In this document: piece after piece, positions 35,095 to 50,400 of the stretch
Position numbering within the stretch: the stretch's first letter is position 1
How the letters are laid out: each line of letters opens with the position of its first letter
From: Klebsormidium nitens
Taxonomy: Eukaryota > Plantae > Klebsormidiophyceae
Assembly (NCBI GenBank): GCA_000708835.1
Contig: DF237114.1
Location: 1 to 64,000 of the forward strand
DNA: 64,000 nt
Direction: 5' to 3'
Program-made: the position numbers and the translations under genes
Notes under the pieces: generated by a model
Told to the model about the DNA's origin: nothing
Seen by the model: the letters and a program-made list of their open reading frames with translations, nothing else
The model's database searches: none

Positions 35095-35499
35095 GGTAGC
35101 TTTGCAAGGTGACATATGCTTGCAAATTTTTAAAAGAACTATGAACTTCTGCTTGCGAAAGTCAAAGAAGTACTGGTCAATGTGTCGGTTCTTACATTAA
35201 AGCGAAGTCCCGCTTCTGGTGAACCAGACAGAAGCACAAAGTGCTGGATTGCAGACAAACAAACGTGTGTACAGATTGCAAATTATAGGTAAAAATCCTT
35301 CCCGCCGCAAAACGTGCGAGGGTTCGAAATCTGAAAGCTATGCGATGTTTTCACGTGGTCAACGTTGAGTTTGGCGAACGACTCTGCCACACCTCTCTCT
35401 CTTGTCCTTTACTCTTCTCAAGTTTCTTTACCCGTGAGCCTGTTTTTCGCGCTTAAGCGAGCAGATCGTCCACTTTCTGATTTCCTGGCTTTTAGTTTC

Positions 35500-38400
35500 C
35501 TGCAGCGCTTTTTTGGTAATATCGAGCAGCAACCAGCTTGATTCACAAGCGAGCCGCCTGACGGTCGTCGTAGGGCATCTGACGAGACGGTGGCATTTGT
35601 CTCTCCCTTCTCGTTGCTCTACGACGTGGACTTGTGAGTGCCAACTTCTCCCAGTTGTGAGACCAGGTTTTGCGAAACTCCTTTTTGATAACTGGTTGTG
35701 ATTGTGTCACTTTGTCAAAACCGTTCGATAATATTTTTTGTTATGGCGGCACCAGGAGAACTGCAAATTTTCCAGTTTACCAAGCAATCTCTACCGCCCG
35801 TTTATGCTCCTCTTCCAGCATCGTGCCTCTCTGCGAGTATTTGACAACCTTTGAAAGCTGGCTTGGCTGCAAGGTTCCTTGAATGGGGACCAACAGCGTC
35901 TAAGTGCTGCGAGGAATCTGGTCTCTGGGACAGCGCGACGATTGATAGCGTGTTGGTCTGGGTCTTGGAGGTTTCTCTTATTGGTCGATTGTGTTTTTAG
36001 AGACTTTCCGAGCTTCTTTGAAGGACAATCAATCACCTCTTGGACCGTGGCACCTGTAACCAAGATAATATGTCCAGGCAATGACAACCGCTTGACTGGT
36101 TGATCCTGGTAGCCAAAGGCGAAGTTATGCGGACCTTGAGCCACCAATTACTTCTTACTATTTTTTTCGTTCTTCTCTTCCCCTCCTTTCTTTGTTAAGG
36201 AGCGAGGCTTCAAGCTTCTCATGTCGAAAGGTCAGCTTTGCGTCCTTGTTCGCATTCGCTGGCGTCTTGTGGATAACGCAATCTTCGAAACGAAGCATGC
36301 TTGGCGCATCTTTGGTCGACAACTCTGTCAGGGGTCTCCGAATTGCAGATAGCCTTCTCAAGCGTGGCCCCGCGATTTTAAAGGATCAAGTTTGAACACG
36401 TCAAGGTGCGGTCAGCCTTTTGGAGCATTCGGCCGACATGATTAGCGGATGGGCGTAATAGTAGATGACAAAATGCCATTCGACTGCGTTCGCAGTGATT
36501 TCGTAAGCGACCGCGACTGCCTCTGGTTCTGCTGATTGGTCGCCGAGACGTCGGTATCGGAATTCTTTTTCGAGGCGGGAGCTCAATCATCGAAAGATAA
36601 TGGCATGTGGAACCGCGGCCTTCAGATTGTGCTTTGCCTTACTTCCCGCTTGTTCCTGTTCTAGCTCTTTGTTGCGATTGTACACTTCTCATGTGAAGGT
36701 CCTTTCCAAACGTCAGAAAGTTGTTTCAAATCTCTGCTGGCTCGACATGCACTTTTTGCTTCCATTCAGAGACTTGTACTGAAAAGAGCGGGCCTCTGTC
36801 TCTTCTCGTTCAATTCTTCAAATAGTGACCGGCTGCTGTCAAAGGTCAATGCTGAGTTCGTTAACCACGTTCTGGCACTGTATTTCCCCCACAGACTGAT
36901 CGGGCAAACGGAGATGGACAATTCTTCCAGAACCCACGGCAGTTTAGATGAGCACGAAAATTTGTAAGAATCTGGAATGCGCAATGTCAAGTCACTATCA
37001 GTTTCAACCAATCTTGCGGTGGTCGTAGCTTGCATTCTTTGTCAAGTATGGCAATGGCGTTCGCGTTTTGCCCGCTCATGGCTGCCAACAGGGTGGTCGG
37101 ATGTAAGCTATGAAGCCGATCAAGCTCTTGAAGCATTGTCTCTGACACCCAGCTCGACGCTAACCCGCGCTTTTACATATGAACCCGTTCGCCTCGGACC
37201 GCCGTCTTGTTGTGATCACCGTGTCTATGTTGTGCTCCATAGCGAGAAAATTTGGCAATGCTGAATCTCCCAGTGGCTGCTGATCACGGCAACCTGGCTG
37301 TGAATTCTTCGAAGCCAGCTCCTCACTCGGGTCGTCTGTAGACAGCTGTTAGTACCCTAAGGATCCAGGCGCAACATGTCCAGTCTGAGCAGCGGGGCTT
37401 TGCCCCCTCGTAGACTCTTCCTGGTTGTCAAAACCTGTCAGAACAGTGGCGTTTGGAGTTTGTGATTGGCATCGCGACGCTTGTCGAGAAGCAACGCCTT
37501 GATATTCATCCACCTACGGACGTTCGTATGGCAACTGAATACTGTACCGGAGAGAGTGCGTCAGCCGTGCGTCCTTCAAGTTTAGGCAGGTACAAAATGG
37601 CCGGGTATCAAGACGTCAATGTAGTGAGTCATCCATTAGTGCGTCTCTTTGTTCAACAATGTTATTCTGTCCGTCTGGTTCAGAACGGGTGCTGAGTCCG
37701 GCCGTCCAGCGTTGACGAAGCAGAAAATCTTTGACTTCCGTGCGGGCAGCACGCTTTTAACGCTTAAAGTTTGCCACGCGGTTGCCTTCGTCGATAATGA
37801 AACTGCGACTTGCGATTGTGAGTGCTCTTTCTGGCTTTTTTCTTGCGACTAAACATGACCGCGTCTCCTCAAGTCGGCCCTGACGATCTCTCCTCCTCTG
37901 TTGGAGGAAGTTTTGGAGCATATCGACCTGAGCCGCGTGGACCCGTTTTTGCCGGTCCTTCCGTTAAAAGTTATCGCACTTCATGAACGCCTGAGCAGTA
38001 CTGGTGGCGAGAGCGGCATGATTGACTGCAAGTATAAGCAGAGTTCCAGGTCATCCTACCCCGCAATCAGGGTTCTGTATCTATACCTTAACTGGGCTTT
38101 TCAAACGAAGCCGCGCACAACTTGGGCCCGCTTCATTTCGACCTTGAAAAATAAGCAGCCGTTGGGTCGCTGGCTATCTGTCATTGCGCATGCCCTTTGA
38201 TTTACTCATCAAAATTACCGCCCTCAGTACACTGTTACTACGTGTTGTTCTGCCGTTATGCCTTCTGTTTACCTTTGCGTTTTGCGCAGTGTCTGGTCCC
38301 TAATCATGGTCGTCAGAAGACCACTGTCTTGAAACAACAGCACATTTGACGTATCTTTTTCTCAGAAACATGATTCTTCTCCAGGAGATCTCACACGGTG

Positions 38401-41400
38401 TTTCACCTTTTATCATTTGCACCCACTCCACTACCAAGAGCAGGCCGAGCTGTCTGGGCAACGATGAGCTCATGAGATGCGCAATCACAGCGCAGATACC
38501 TTTCCAAGTCCGGCTCTGAGCCATGGCCAGAGCTTTGAGTTGCCTTCAATCCTTTCGCGTTCGCTCTCCGCCTCGTCCCTACGCGGACTTTGAACGAGGG
38601 ATAGGCGGATGCTTCCGCACCTGGCGACTGAGACCAACGCGCATAAACAGCATTTCCGGTCGCCGAGACTTACACGATTTGACTTATTGCAGCGACGGTA
38701 ACAGCCGGTCTTGCAGGTTTGAGGCCGCCGTGACAGAGTCGAGCATCACAACCAGATCAACACCTTATGTGTCCTAGGTCTAGTAGGTCTATGAAGAGTA
38801 TACGTTACGGATTGTCAAGGCACTCACTGCTGTGCTTTGTGCTTCGTGTCGGAATCCCTCTGTAGAGGGATCCCTTGCTTCACGACTGTTAATAGAGCTG
38901 ACACAGGCTCGTATTTGGACCAGCGAGGCATAGACTTACACAAGGGTTTCCAGCGAAGTACGGCCCATCAAGGCGTGGCCCCCGCAGTATGGGACACAAG
39001 CTCGAAAACAGAAATCAGTTCTGCCCAATGCGATACCCAGCTGAGGGTGCGAGTCAGGGATGCTCCTCTTGCGTGCCACGTGGATCCGGCCGGGCGGACG
39101 CCTTCGGACGGCCGGAACGGATGCAGCGGAAGCGGACGTCAGGAACGGACGTGTTTGTGCGTCCACGTGGAAGGAGTGCTTGAATGAACGGCGTTCAAGG
39201 CCGACGATTTCAGGTATGACGTCAGCTTTTCTTGTGTGATTTTATCTCTGCATTGCATGGCCCCGGTCGTTGAGTTCTTACACGAACAATCGAAAAGGGC
39301 CCTTTCCTCCGTCACAATTGTAATATTTTGGTGTGTTACAAGACTGTACTTCTTGCGTCAGCCAAAAGGTTTCCACTTAAAAGGGTCGTCCTTTAATTTG
39401 TTTTCGCCCTCGTTGACCGATTTTGTGGATTCCTGTCAAAAATTCACGCTGAAACTCGCCAATGACGCTTTGACACTGCGCTACTGCCCAGAGCTTGTCT
39501 TTGGCAAGTAGGCGAAGTTCTTCCGACAGCGAGTCGGCTGCTTCTGAAGATAAAGGATCTGCAGTGACTTGTTTTCTGGTCTATATGTTGCTAATGTTGC
39601 CACTACCGTTTTCCTATCAAGACCTCCTTTGGGTGTAGGGAATGAGGTTCTGCGTTTATAGCTGCTCACAGCAACCACAAACTTTCGACAGTCGCGCCTT
39701 CAAATCATGTAAAGAAATTCTGGAAGACTAGCAGCTGGACACTCGGCCTGCTCGCTTTGAAAGTCTTCTCCTGAAAATCCTGTCTTGGTTTGTTTCGCTT
39801 TATAGTCAAGACACCTTGACAATGCCGAACACAGCATGGCTGCCAAGTTTGGCCGGCCATCTCAAGGGCATTCGCACAGATCTCCAAGCCAGGGTAAGAC
39901 TAAGTCGTCCGTGCAAGTGGACAGCTATTTACTGTTTTGTGAAAGGTCCAGACGCAGGGCCCTCTTTTTCACGAGATCGGGGTCTCGTTGTGGCAGGAGT
40001 GCGCGTTCAATGACAGCGGTACCATCGACTGTAGGTTGAAACCAGAACCACCCGCCAAGCCAGGTCTTCAGTATCTGAAAATTGGCTTTTTAAAGAAACC
40101 CTCGCACCCTTGCACCCTCTAAAGTTGCAAAACGCGCAACTATTGGGAACACCGGCTGAGGATTCCTGGAGAAGTCGGTTTGCAGTGCGGTAAACTATAC
40201 CGCTGCCCCTGCCAGCTTGCTCCCTCCCGACCTTGCAGAACGTACTTTTGTAGGGTCGCCGGCTGATGCTCTTACATGCGATAGAGGTATCGGTGGGAGT
40301 CATGACACGTGGTATGTGCGCGTCTTCGGAAAGTACACCGGAACTGCGGCCATCATCTTTTAATACCTGTTTTCTGACCCTGTTGCTTCTCGTTGTTTGC
40401 ATTTTCGCCAATGGCACGTCACGTAAGTAGGGTCATGCTAGCTTCACTATTTATACCACACTCTTTGACGTGCGCTCAAAAATAGTCTTAACCCATATTT
40501 CACCTGCATCTGCCTTTGAGCGGTGCTGTGCTGTTTGGCCACGATGAGCTTTGGCATGCGCAGAATATTACGCACGATCTGGTTTGAACTCAGAGCCATG
40601 TCCTGGACCTTCAATTTCTGCGAGCGCTTTTACGTTTCTGTTTCGGGTCTTAGCGGAGTCCTGGAATAGGTTCTGGGCGGATGCGTCCGCACTCGAGGAG
40701 GACGCCTTTTCGACGGCTGGAACGGGTGCAGCGAAACGGACAGGCCGAAACGGATGCAGCGGAACCGGACTTGCTGTAGAACAACGGACGGACGCGTCCG
40801 TGGGGTCCATGTGGAAGCAACGGGAAAGCGTGAAGCGCGTTCCAGGCGAGACTCTCAGAAGCTGAACGTGTCTTGCTCCGGCCTTTTCGTTTTCTTTGAA
40901 CCGGCCTGGACGGGTTCAGTCGTACGATTGCGGAAGGTAACGCTCCTTCTCCTCCATTCGAGCTTTGTGAGATATATTGGTGCTGACGTAACTCGCAGTG
41001 CTGGCGTCGGAGGCTTTCTGTAACGAGAGCGGCTCTTTCTGTGCCTTATCCTGTCTCTGACTTCAATGTCGAGATTAGACCATGCCGTCGAACGTCCACT
41101 TAAAGCTCGTCGAGAAGCTTCGACAACAAACCAATTCCCACGGACCCATCGGGGCTACGAACAAACTTATCGAATTGTGAAGAAAAGGAAAGGTCATTTG
41201 ACGTGTTGCCGTTTCCCTCCTTCGTTTTCTGCCATGATTCCCCCATCATTTGGCGGTAACAGAAGCATGTTTTCATGTACTCGGGGCAATGAACGTTCTC
41301 CTTTGTGGCTGCTGATTACAGCCACACCTGTCCTTGAATCACAGTGAAAGCCAATCTAAGTTATGTAGCAATCATCTCCGACGACCAGCTCGGAAAACGA

Positions 41401-44400
41401 TTTGATTCTTTTCAGGATTCAGCTTGCCTTGGATACCTTGGATAACTTGGTTTGATCGAATTGTCTAAGCGAGTATGTTTCAATAGCGACAGACCTTGGT
41501 AGTGCCGAGATTCTCAATGGCTGCTGATTACGGCAGCTGGGCAGCTCTGTTCTCGGCGCCAGGTGCTCATCCTAGTCGTCTGTAAACAGTTATGAGTATT
41601 CCAGAAAAGTCCAGGCCAGGCACAATACGCAGAATTTCAGCAGCGACCCGGCGTTGGCCTTCGGTCTTTTCCTCGTCAGCTTCCTGTTTTTGTCACTGTC
41701 TGAGTAGTGGCTTTTGAAGCATGTAACTTGTATTGCGACGCTTTTCGACGAAAAATCCCCTGGTAATTACTGGCAGCGAGTACGCGGTTTGCGTGGCAAG
41801 TGCTCATTGTCCCGACCGTGCGCCACTCAAGTTTAGATGGATGGGGAGATCATTACACTTTTCCTTCAGCGCGGTTCTCGGAGTTGGTAATGACTCACTC
41901 GTCTGGCTAAGAACCGGTAATAAATTCACTGCCGTCTGCCGTCAAGGAAGCTACAAGCCTTTGACATTTGTGTCAGCACTTTCAATGCCTCGACACGCGC
42001 TTGCATACCATCGAAATCTGATTTGCTTTTTGCGGCCGGGATGCCGTTGTTAGTGGTAATTGTTCTTTACCGCGTCCATCGAGTGTTACAGTGACGTCAG
42101 TCGGCTCTGACGGTCTCCATTCCTCTGTCGGAGAACTGACGTCGTCAGATCGACCCGAGCCTTGTGGCCATGTATTCAAATTTCAATCTAGGTGAGTCAG
42201 TCGGCTCCGACAATTTTCACTCTTGTCGGAGGATTGGACTCGCGCCACGTGACCGCATTGGTAAATCTTCGAGTGACGTTAGTCGGCTCTGACGAACGCG
42301 GGCCACTCCTCTGCCCGAGGATAGAGCCCAGGAGCCACATCCGAGCCACGTTGCCGCAGCTTCCCTGGTCCATCTCTTGGAGTATTGTACTCAATGATTG
42401 CGTGAGCTTTTACTGCGGTGATAGAAGCGGCCGACACGAACAATTGCAAAGCTGTCATCGAGCGAAAAGCACGTGGCAGGTCCTATGCGACTCTGACATT
42501 GGGGTTTCGTACTTCCGGAGCGGCCCGCGTGCCTTTCGGGCAAATTGCGGAAGCAAGAGCCCACTCCCGCCCAACCTTGCAAACTGTCGCTCGCCACTAG
42601 CATCTTGGGTCGTTGTTGACTGTACTTGCGCGGGTGCCCTTTCTTGATCATATACATGCCCAAAATTGCCGCCCTCGGTTCGAAATCATGTATTGTCTTG
42701 CCATGATGCTTTCCCTCGAGCTTGCGTTCCTGCGTTACGGCCGCGTCACGCAATCATGGTATCAGAAGACCACTGTTTTCAAATAATAGCCCGTCTGTGG
42801 TAACTTTGTTCCAGTACACTGTTCCGATCTGGGGATCTCGAACGGTGTTTCACCTTTTCTCATTCGCATCCACTCTTTTACCAAAAGCAGGCCCGGTGGG
42901 CCGGGCTGTAGGCGCAACGATGAGCTTCTGTGGTGCGCGCGGGGCCGGGAAAATGGCGCAATCTTTGTTTCAACGTCTAATAGCTCTGAGCCGCTTCCAG
43001 TAGATTGAATTGGCCTCACTCTTTCTGTTAATCTGCTCCCCGCTTCGTCTACGCGGACTTTGAAAGAGGGTGGGGGGGATGCTTCCGCACTCGGCGATGA
43101 GAAAGCAGCTTTCCCGGTCGCCGAGAAACACGAGTTGAATTAGTGCAGCGACAATCATAGCCGGTCTTGCAGCTTCGAGGACCTCGCAACAGAGCTGAGT
43201 GCGTCGCAACTATTTCAACGCCCTTTCTGAGAGCGTCTTGTAAGACTTATTCTAACAGAACTGTCAAGGAGTTGCTGCGCTTTACAAGGCTTCGCTTGGT
43301 TTGGCACTTTCGAAACAGCTGCAACAGATCCTTTTTGGAGGCATGCACAAGTTTCATTAGGGTGTGCGATTTCCAGAATCTGTTGTCCCAGCTCCTTAAT
43401 TTGAGCTTGCCACGTGGACAAACCAGGTCGGGCGGGCGCCTTTTGATGGCCGGAACCGGAAGCGGCAGAAGCGGATCAATCAAAAGTAGAGCGATGGAAG
43501 AACACTGATGTCCGCATATTTGCCACATTAATAAGCGACACCAGACTGTATGATTACGTGTCAGGCCTACTAGGCCTAATAGGCTTTCAAATATGAATAC
43601 TCTCTTTTTCCAAGATCTGCGGATGGGTCCGGTCGTCCGTTTATCATCTGAAAGGCGGCACACCATCTCCTTGTCCGAGACTTGAAAGTTTGTGTATTGG
43701 CTTACAACATGTTACTCTTGGCACCGGAGCCTCTTGCCAAATAGAGCGGCTTTTTTTGCGTCTCTTTATTCTTCTCTTATAGACCACCGGGTTTTGTTTA
43801 CTGAGCTTGTTAAAATCTGGTCTAGAAACTGCCAATGAGGATTTGACACCACGATACCGCCCAAGAACTGGGCAATAACGATTGGCAATCCTTCAGAGTC
43901 GACAGCAAGTCGGATGGAGAGAATCTTTGAACTACTATATCCACTTTCTATGACCGTGCCTGCCACTTTTCGTTTCCTATTTATCAGGTTGATTCGTAAA
44001 TATAGGCAAGGCAGAATGCTTCTATGGCTGCGCGCTGATCACAGCCACGTCCTCTTTCAGGAATCCTTATTGAGCCATGTGAACAACATCACCAATGCCT
44101 AGCTTGGAAACTCGCTCGTTCTAAGTCACCCCCGCCCTTCGGGAGTCTTGTTCATAGAATCCCATTTGTGTTCCATCCGCAAAACCCTGGCAATGCTCAA
44201 TTTCCTAAGGCTGCTGATCAAGGCAACTTGGTAAGTCTATTTGCGGAAGCCAGGGCCTAGTGATCCGGGTCGTCGCGAATGAAAGATTCTTGGACCTTTC
44301 CCTGAGATTGCTGCTTGCGCGATTGTACAATGTTTCTTATGATCGGGGTTTTGCACACTTTGGGCCCTTTCCTCCGACGTCAGCTGCCTGCGAATATCGC

Positions 44401-47400
44401 GTCAGATTGATTGTGATAGAGTCCTGTGACATGAAAAGTATTGCCTCAGCGGTTCTTCATCAAGAAGGCAAGTCCTTACTGGGTTAGTTGGATTCAACGT
44501 TCTTCTTTCTGAAACGGCTCTGTGTCTGACTGTCATCCGTTTGGCTCAGAACGCGCGCTGACTCCTCGTTCGGCGACAGCAAACCAAAGGTTTTAAATCC
44601 CGTCTATGCAATTTGAGGGTTCCGTATGCGTTGGTTCTCGAACCTCTGGCTCATTTTCTGTGACCAGAGTGCAGCTGTTCTCTTCTTCTGCCCGAAATCA
44701 CCGCGTCTTCTCAATTCGGCGACCCCTCGCAACTGTCCACTCGTCTGTGGAAGGGAAGCAGAAGAGATTGACCCGAGCCGTCTCGACGCATCGTTTCCCG
44801 GTCCTTCCTTAGAGACTGTCGTACGGTTGGTGAATGGGTGACTGACGGTAATGAAAGCGGTTATCGGCATGGGGAGCGGTACGATTGTCTGCATGAACGA
44901 CCAGTCGAAAGATCATCCGCTGAGCCTGCTTTGAGTTTTTTCATAGGCTTGCCATCAACAACCTAGCCTTACTTTGAGTAAAGCCCTCGCACCTTCTGCT
45001 CTTGCAGAGCAGGCAACTCTTGAGTCTGGGCTGATTTTGTTACAAGAAACTTAGTGGAGGTTGTCCGTCAAATGCTCGTGACCCTTCAAAACTTGCACCA
45101 TCTCAATCTTGCAAAAAGAGCGACTGTCTGATTGGCCGACTGCCAGCGTTTGTCCCGGGTTTCAGAAATCCAATACTACAGTAGTAATCTTCGGCGTAAC
45201 TTTCTTCACAGAAATACCAGAAGTGCCCATCTTAAAGGTATCTCGCATCACATACTTGCTGTCGATTCAAGTGCACTGGTTTGAGACCACAGCACTTTGA
45301 AGCGAAGTCGACGTGACTCCGTGTGATTTAGAATCCATTTGATTAAATCTAGGCATAACATCCTAGCAGATCGAAGAATGTTTCACCTGCTTTTTGCCTC
45401 CTGAACTACTACAACACTGGAGCGGGGCTGTGCCGGCCACCGTCTGGCAACGATGAGCTTTTGGAATGCGCCACATCTCACGCACAGAATGGATGCTGGT
45501 ATGGCTCTGAGCTTTGGTTCGCCGGCCTTTTTGCGCCTCGCTCAGTAGGTCATCTCTAAGCAGAGTTTTCTCGAGGGGCGGCGTGTCGGCACTCAACGAC
45601 CGAGAAGTGCTATGCAACTTTCTCAGTCGCCGACTTCCTCCCGAGCTGATTGATTGCAGCGACATGTTCAGTTGATATTGCAGATCCGAGGACGCCGCCA
45701 TAAGTGTGCATCCCCTCCAGATCAACGCTTTCTAAAGATTAATCACACGAATTTCTCGAATTAATGAGAAGGCACCAGAATGACACCTGTTTTAGACGTG
45801 CCCACAAATTTTTATCGGGTCAATCCTTGGTACGTAAGCACGGGACTTTTTTGGTCCGAACGCGCGCTTTATCTCAGCTTATTATGCGACATCAGCCTTT
45901 GAGTCGCAGCTGATTTGAATTTAACTCTTCTAAAACTTCCTGCGTCTTGCTGATCTCTCACGTGCTCTCCGAGTACGTAGTTGATCGGAGCATGCCTGGA
46001 TTGCAGACTCGCTTTCTTGCGTCGAAGCACAAATCGGGGTCGAAAACTCTGGGCCTACAATATTCTTGACTTCCCAAGCTCAGTCCAGTCGATTCAAGGT
46101 GTTCGTGTCTCGCTGGTCAACCTTAGCCCGTCTTTCAGATGAACACACGTCAACACGTCGAACGCTCAGGCAATTCTGCTGCAACGTACACCACCCGTCC
46201 GGCTGCGTATCTTCAGAGGATCGGCAATGACGGCTCTTCCGTGATCTTGATCAAAATTGATCATGCAAGAGGGAGAGTGTGATTGAGCCTCCTCGGCTCG
46301 CCGTTCCACAGCATTCACATTTTCTGCGGAATTACTGCAGCTTCAAGGGAAGTTTGCGAAAACTTCAATGTTGAGGTGCTTTTAAATGTCAACACCGTAT
46401 CGTTTATCTCGACATGCTTTTATACTCGTAGATTCTGTTCCAAATAAAGCAGTAGAATAGAAATAGCGTATCGATGAGTCGGGCAGAATCTGCCCAACAC
46501 TTTTGTGGCTTTGTATCCGTTCCCGTCCTCGCTTCTCTTAATCGGGATTATCCGAGTCCGTTCTGCCTTTTCCGGCTCTTCGTTTCTCGCATCTCTTTTC
46601 CAAAACTAATCTGGTGCCATGCCTAGCTATGCATGATGCCATTTGTGAGGTACCTACGTCGGCCTTTTGGTTTCCCATGAAATGAACGCGGCAGCGTGCT
46701 CTGCGCAATCGAGCTGCAGCTTTTTGTTCTCTGCCCGTTATCCTTGACTGCAGATTGCGTTACATTCAGCGAGGCAGATTCAGCGTGCCTAGTAATATTG
46801 GGCCATAATCGACGAGCTCCGCTTGCGTTTGTGAGGCGCAGCGACCTCTCCTTCCGCCGTTTGAGCCACATTCTAGAGGCTTGCATGTTATCATCTAGAT
46901 GGCCCTCTGACTACATCTGACATCCTCGACGTGTCGTCCTCACTGCATATCATGAGCCACTGAGAGCGGTAAGACTCGAAACCGGTCCGGGAAAACACCG
47001 GCCCGGGCTTTACCTAAGCCCAGGCTCCTAGTCTCAGTGCAGTGCTATTCTTATCTGATCGTATCCCTGGGGGTTCGCCAGGGAACTACGGTCCCCAGAT
47101 TGCCCGGTCTGGATCCCCGGTTTTGGAAAACCACCATTTCTCCCTGTGGTGTCGTCAGGACTGCCTGTTCCGAGCTACACTCTCGTTGCTTCACTTTTCG
47201 CTTTCTTCCTGCGACGGCTTCCCTAAAAACGAGGATTCGTGCCCACCTTCAAGGCTATACAAGTTGCAACTTCTTCATTCAATCATCTTCACCGCTCTGC
47301 TTTGCCGTCGCTGAATGTCGGCACCGGGACAATCAACGGCCAGAAGCATTTTCATGGATATTATACCAGATTATCGACCCTGCTGGAAAAGATTCACGGG

Positions 47401-50400
47401 CTCTTCGCAACCTGTGGCTTCTAATGATTATGTGCCCCCGGCCAGTCAATCGGCTCATGACCGCAGATCAGCCCAGAAAAGAGGGTTCAAAGGGCTTTGT
47501 CTTTGTTTCCTACAAAAGCTGCACTTGGACGCGTGAGCCCAGCGCTTTTGTGGGACCCTAGCTTACTGTTGCGGCAAAGACGACCCACTCTTGCCGCACA
47601 CGAGCGGCAGTACGCCTCCTGATGCAGAGCCTTCCGCTGAGCCGCATGCGTATCTGCATGACTTTCTTTACATTATGCTAAATGCCTCAAGAAGTAGATG
47701 TGGCAAATGACGAACCCAATTTGCTGCGCGATTTTACCAACTTCTCGCCGATGGTTGCTAAGCCAAGTCTCACTAATTAAGATCGTCTTCTTAAGCACGT
47801 TTGGCACCTGGCAATCAACCTTCTGGAGGGGAATATTACGCTTGCTTTACTAACGACCACTGGCAATAGTCTCTAAGCTTCCTGAGACTTGCGCATTTGC
47901 TTTTGAAATTCGAATAAACCTGAATTCAAAGCATTCTCTAATTGCATGGTCCAGTATTATGGCTCTCTAGGTCTGGCTTTTTGAAATGCTGCCGAGGGCT
48001 GATGGCCCTCAAAGGGACACTATCTCACGAGCATTTGCACCGCTGTGAGAAAATTCTCCAGCTTTCCCGTTTGACGACCCCTGTAAGGGCACGTACGACC
48101 GTCACTCGAACGGTTGCAGTCAGACGCTCATTCACTTTTGCTTAAACATCTTTCAAAGAATCGAGCGTTCCTAGCCCCCACCCAAGAAAAAGACAAATCA
48201 GGACCGACAGGACCGTCTTCTCTCCTCACCGCTCATGGCTACAATCATGTATCTGCCAATCCTTGCTGACGGGCTGCATGTCTTGGCCATGTATCGAAAC
48301 CGAAAAGCACTTACGATTCATAAGCGTACTGCAAAAGGCTGCTGTCGTTACTTTGTTCTCCGAGCTCGTTTTCCCAATGAACGTGCGCTCTTTCAAAATA
48401 GGTCGCGCGATGTCCTTTATGTTCTCTCAGGGTTTACCCGTCGCTTGTCCAACAGTGCTTAGCACGTTTACGAAGGCCTTTTTCGCTACCAGCCGTTTTC
48501 CAGGGCTTCACCTGTTTAAAGTCACATTGTCCCTCAGCGTGGCAGCTAGCTCTTGACCGGCCTTCCGTTTCTGGCAACGACGAGCTCGAGATATGCGCCA
48601 AGATTCGCGCAAACGTCTCGGAGATTGAGTCGGAGCCACAGTCATTGACAAGCAGCCTTGCAAGCTATGAAGGATACATTCCGGTTCGCTTCATGTCCTT
48701 CTCATCGGATGTCCTTCGATTTTCCCCTAGGCGAGCTTGAACGAGCCGTTCCTGCCATCAGTCCGTCTCTTAGGACACTGCTGCGAAAGGCTCTGACTTA
48801 AGTAAAGCAAAGCTATGTAGTACGAGTCCGCCGTCCTCCTCAACAGAGATGTTTGCACAACACAACAAAGAGAGGCTTTAGCGGGCATAAATCTTCTCCA
48901 GCCCCATTCGCTAAAGTTAGCTCCTATACCCGTCCGGAAAGCCCTTAACAGCTCCTTCCTACAACGTTTGAACCAGTAGTCAAAACTTTGGGCACGGTGT
49001 TGGTATGTCTTCTGCAGAAAGATAGTCCCATGCATGGTAAAGACGAGACTGTCTAACGCTTACATTGGAAGTCAGACTTCGGGACATCGAGCCGCTCTCT
49101 GCTCTGTAGATAAACGTTTCTTCCTGTTCCCTCTTTACGGACTACACCTTGCACGCGGGTATTATGAGCGTGGTGCCGCTCCGTTTGGATCTCTCAATCG
49201 CTCCAGTGTTACTTTCGAGATTTGCATGGGCGAACGGTTCCTGCTGTTTGTCTATGTCTTCCTCTTCAACCTTCCGTGATGCGTTATCTCTTGGTTTGCA
49301 CGTCCCCTATCTAGAGTGACTCTGAAGGCGTTTGCGTATGGACAACTTGAAGTCTGCGCTGCTCACTGGTTTCAGCATAAAAGAGAACTTTGATTTTTAC
49401 CAGAAGCTACGGGAGCCGTGTTACGGTTTGGGCAGTGAAGGGAGTAGGCCGGTTTGCGGAACAGATGAGCATACCAGCTGCTCAGCTGCTCATCCTGCTT
49501 CTTTCTTCCTTAATCCTTAGGTCGATATGGATCGTGCGGCTTTACTACAGCGTGGCAAGGATTTTTGATGCGAGATGCGTGCTGAATGCTTTCGGCAGCC
49601 TTCGTCTTGCCAGTTGTCGTGAGCCACGTTTCCGGTCTAACTGAAATAATCTAGTTTCCATTGCATCAAATTTCACAGCTCTTGGTTCATCTTTGAAGAT
49701 TTGCCACTGTTGTTGCCTAAGGAGGGTGTCGTGCTGTCCTTTCATTTAGCATTGGTGGGCAGTCCCTGGCATACGCAATATCTGACCCGTAGTTGTGACC
49801 GTGCTAAATATATTTATGAAGACCAGAGGTTCTTCAGATGTTCGATGTTCGCAAGACTCCATGAAAGAAGTGTGTTCGTAATGACACATATGTAGATATC
49901 AGTGGCCGGTATAACTTCGACTCTGGCAATACTAAGATAGACATCGCCCGCCCTCGCCCGTGAAAAGCTTCTCATATTAGGTGGTCTGTAAGACTCTCCA
50001 GTTGAATGGGCTCTTACACACTTCCATTCTGCTCCTTTTCTGGACATCTCGTTTCTTCTGTGACTCTCTTTCCGTTCCTCCGTCCTGGCAGGACGCGATT
50101 ATTTCCAAACAGATGTCTCCAACAAAGGTCTCCTTACATTCAGCTTGGCATTGACGATTCAGCTTTTGAGCTGGCCTTTGCGGCCAAGCTGAAGCGTGTC
50201 CCTGTCGAGCCTCCGTCATGTTTGATTGTCATAACAGCAGGTCTCCGAGACCTTACTTGACTCCTCGACGGTGCTTTTTCTCGAGAGAGAGTGCAGCTCC
50301 GTCTTCCGTGCAAAGCGCCGACGTTGGTGATCTAGCTGCCGATAATCCTCATTAGATCCCCTCTTGGGGTGATCATCTGACATCGGCCAATTTTCCGTTG

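Noticed and set aside
37276-44230. AADQGN-like peptides as Sel1 repeats
   Set aside because: The rest of the Sel1 consensus (AQ..LG..Y..G.GV) is missing; these are anchors of the decayed tandem units.
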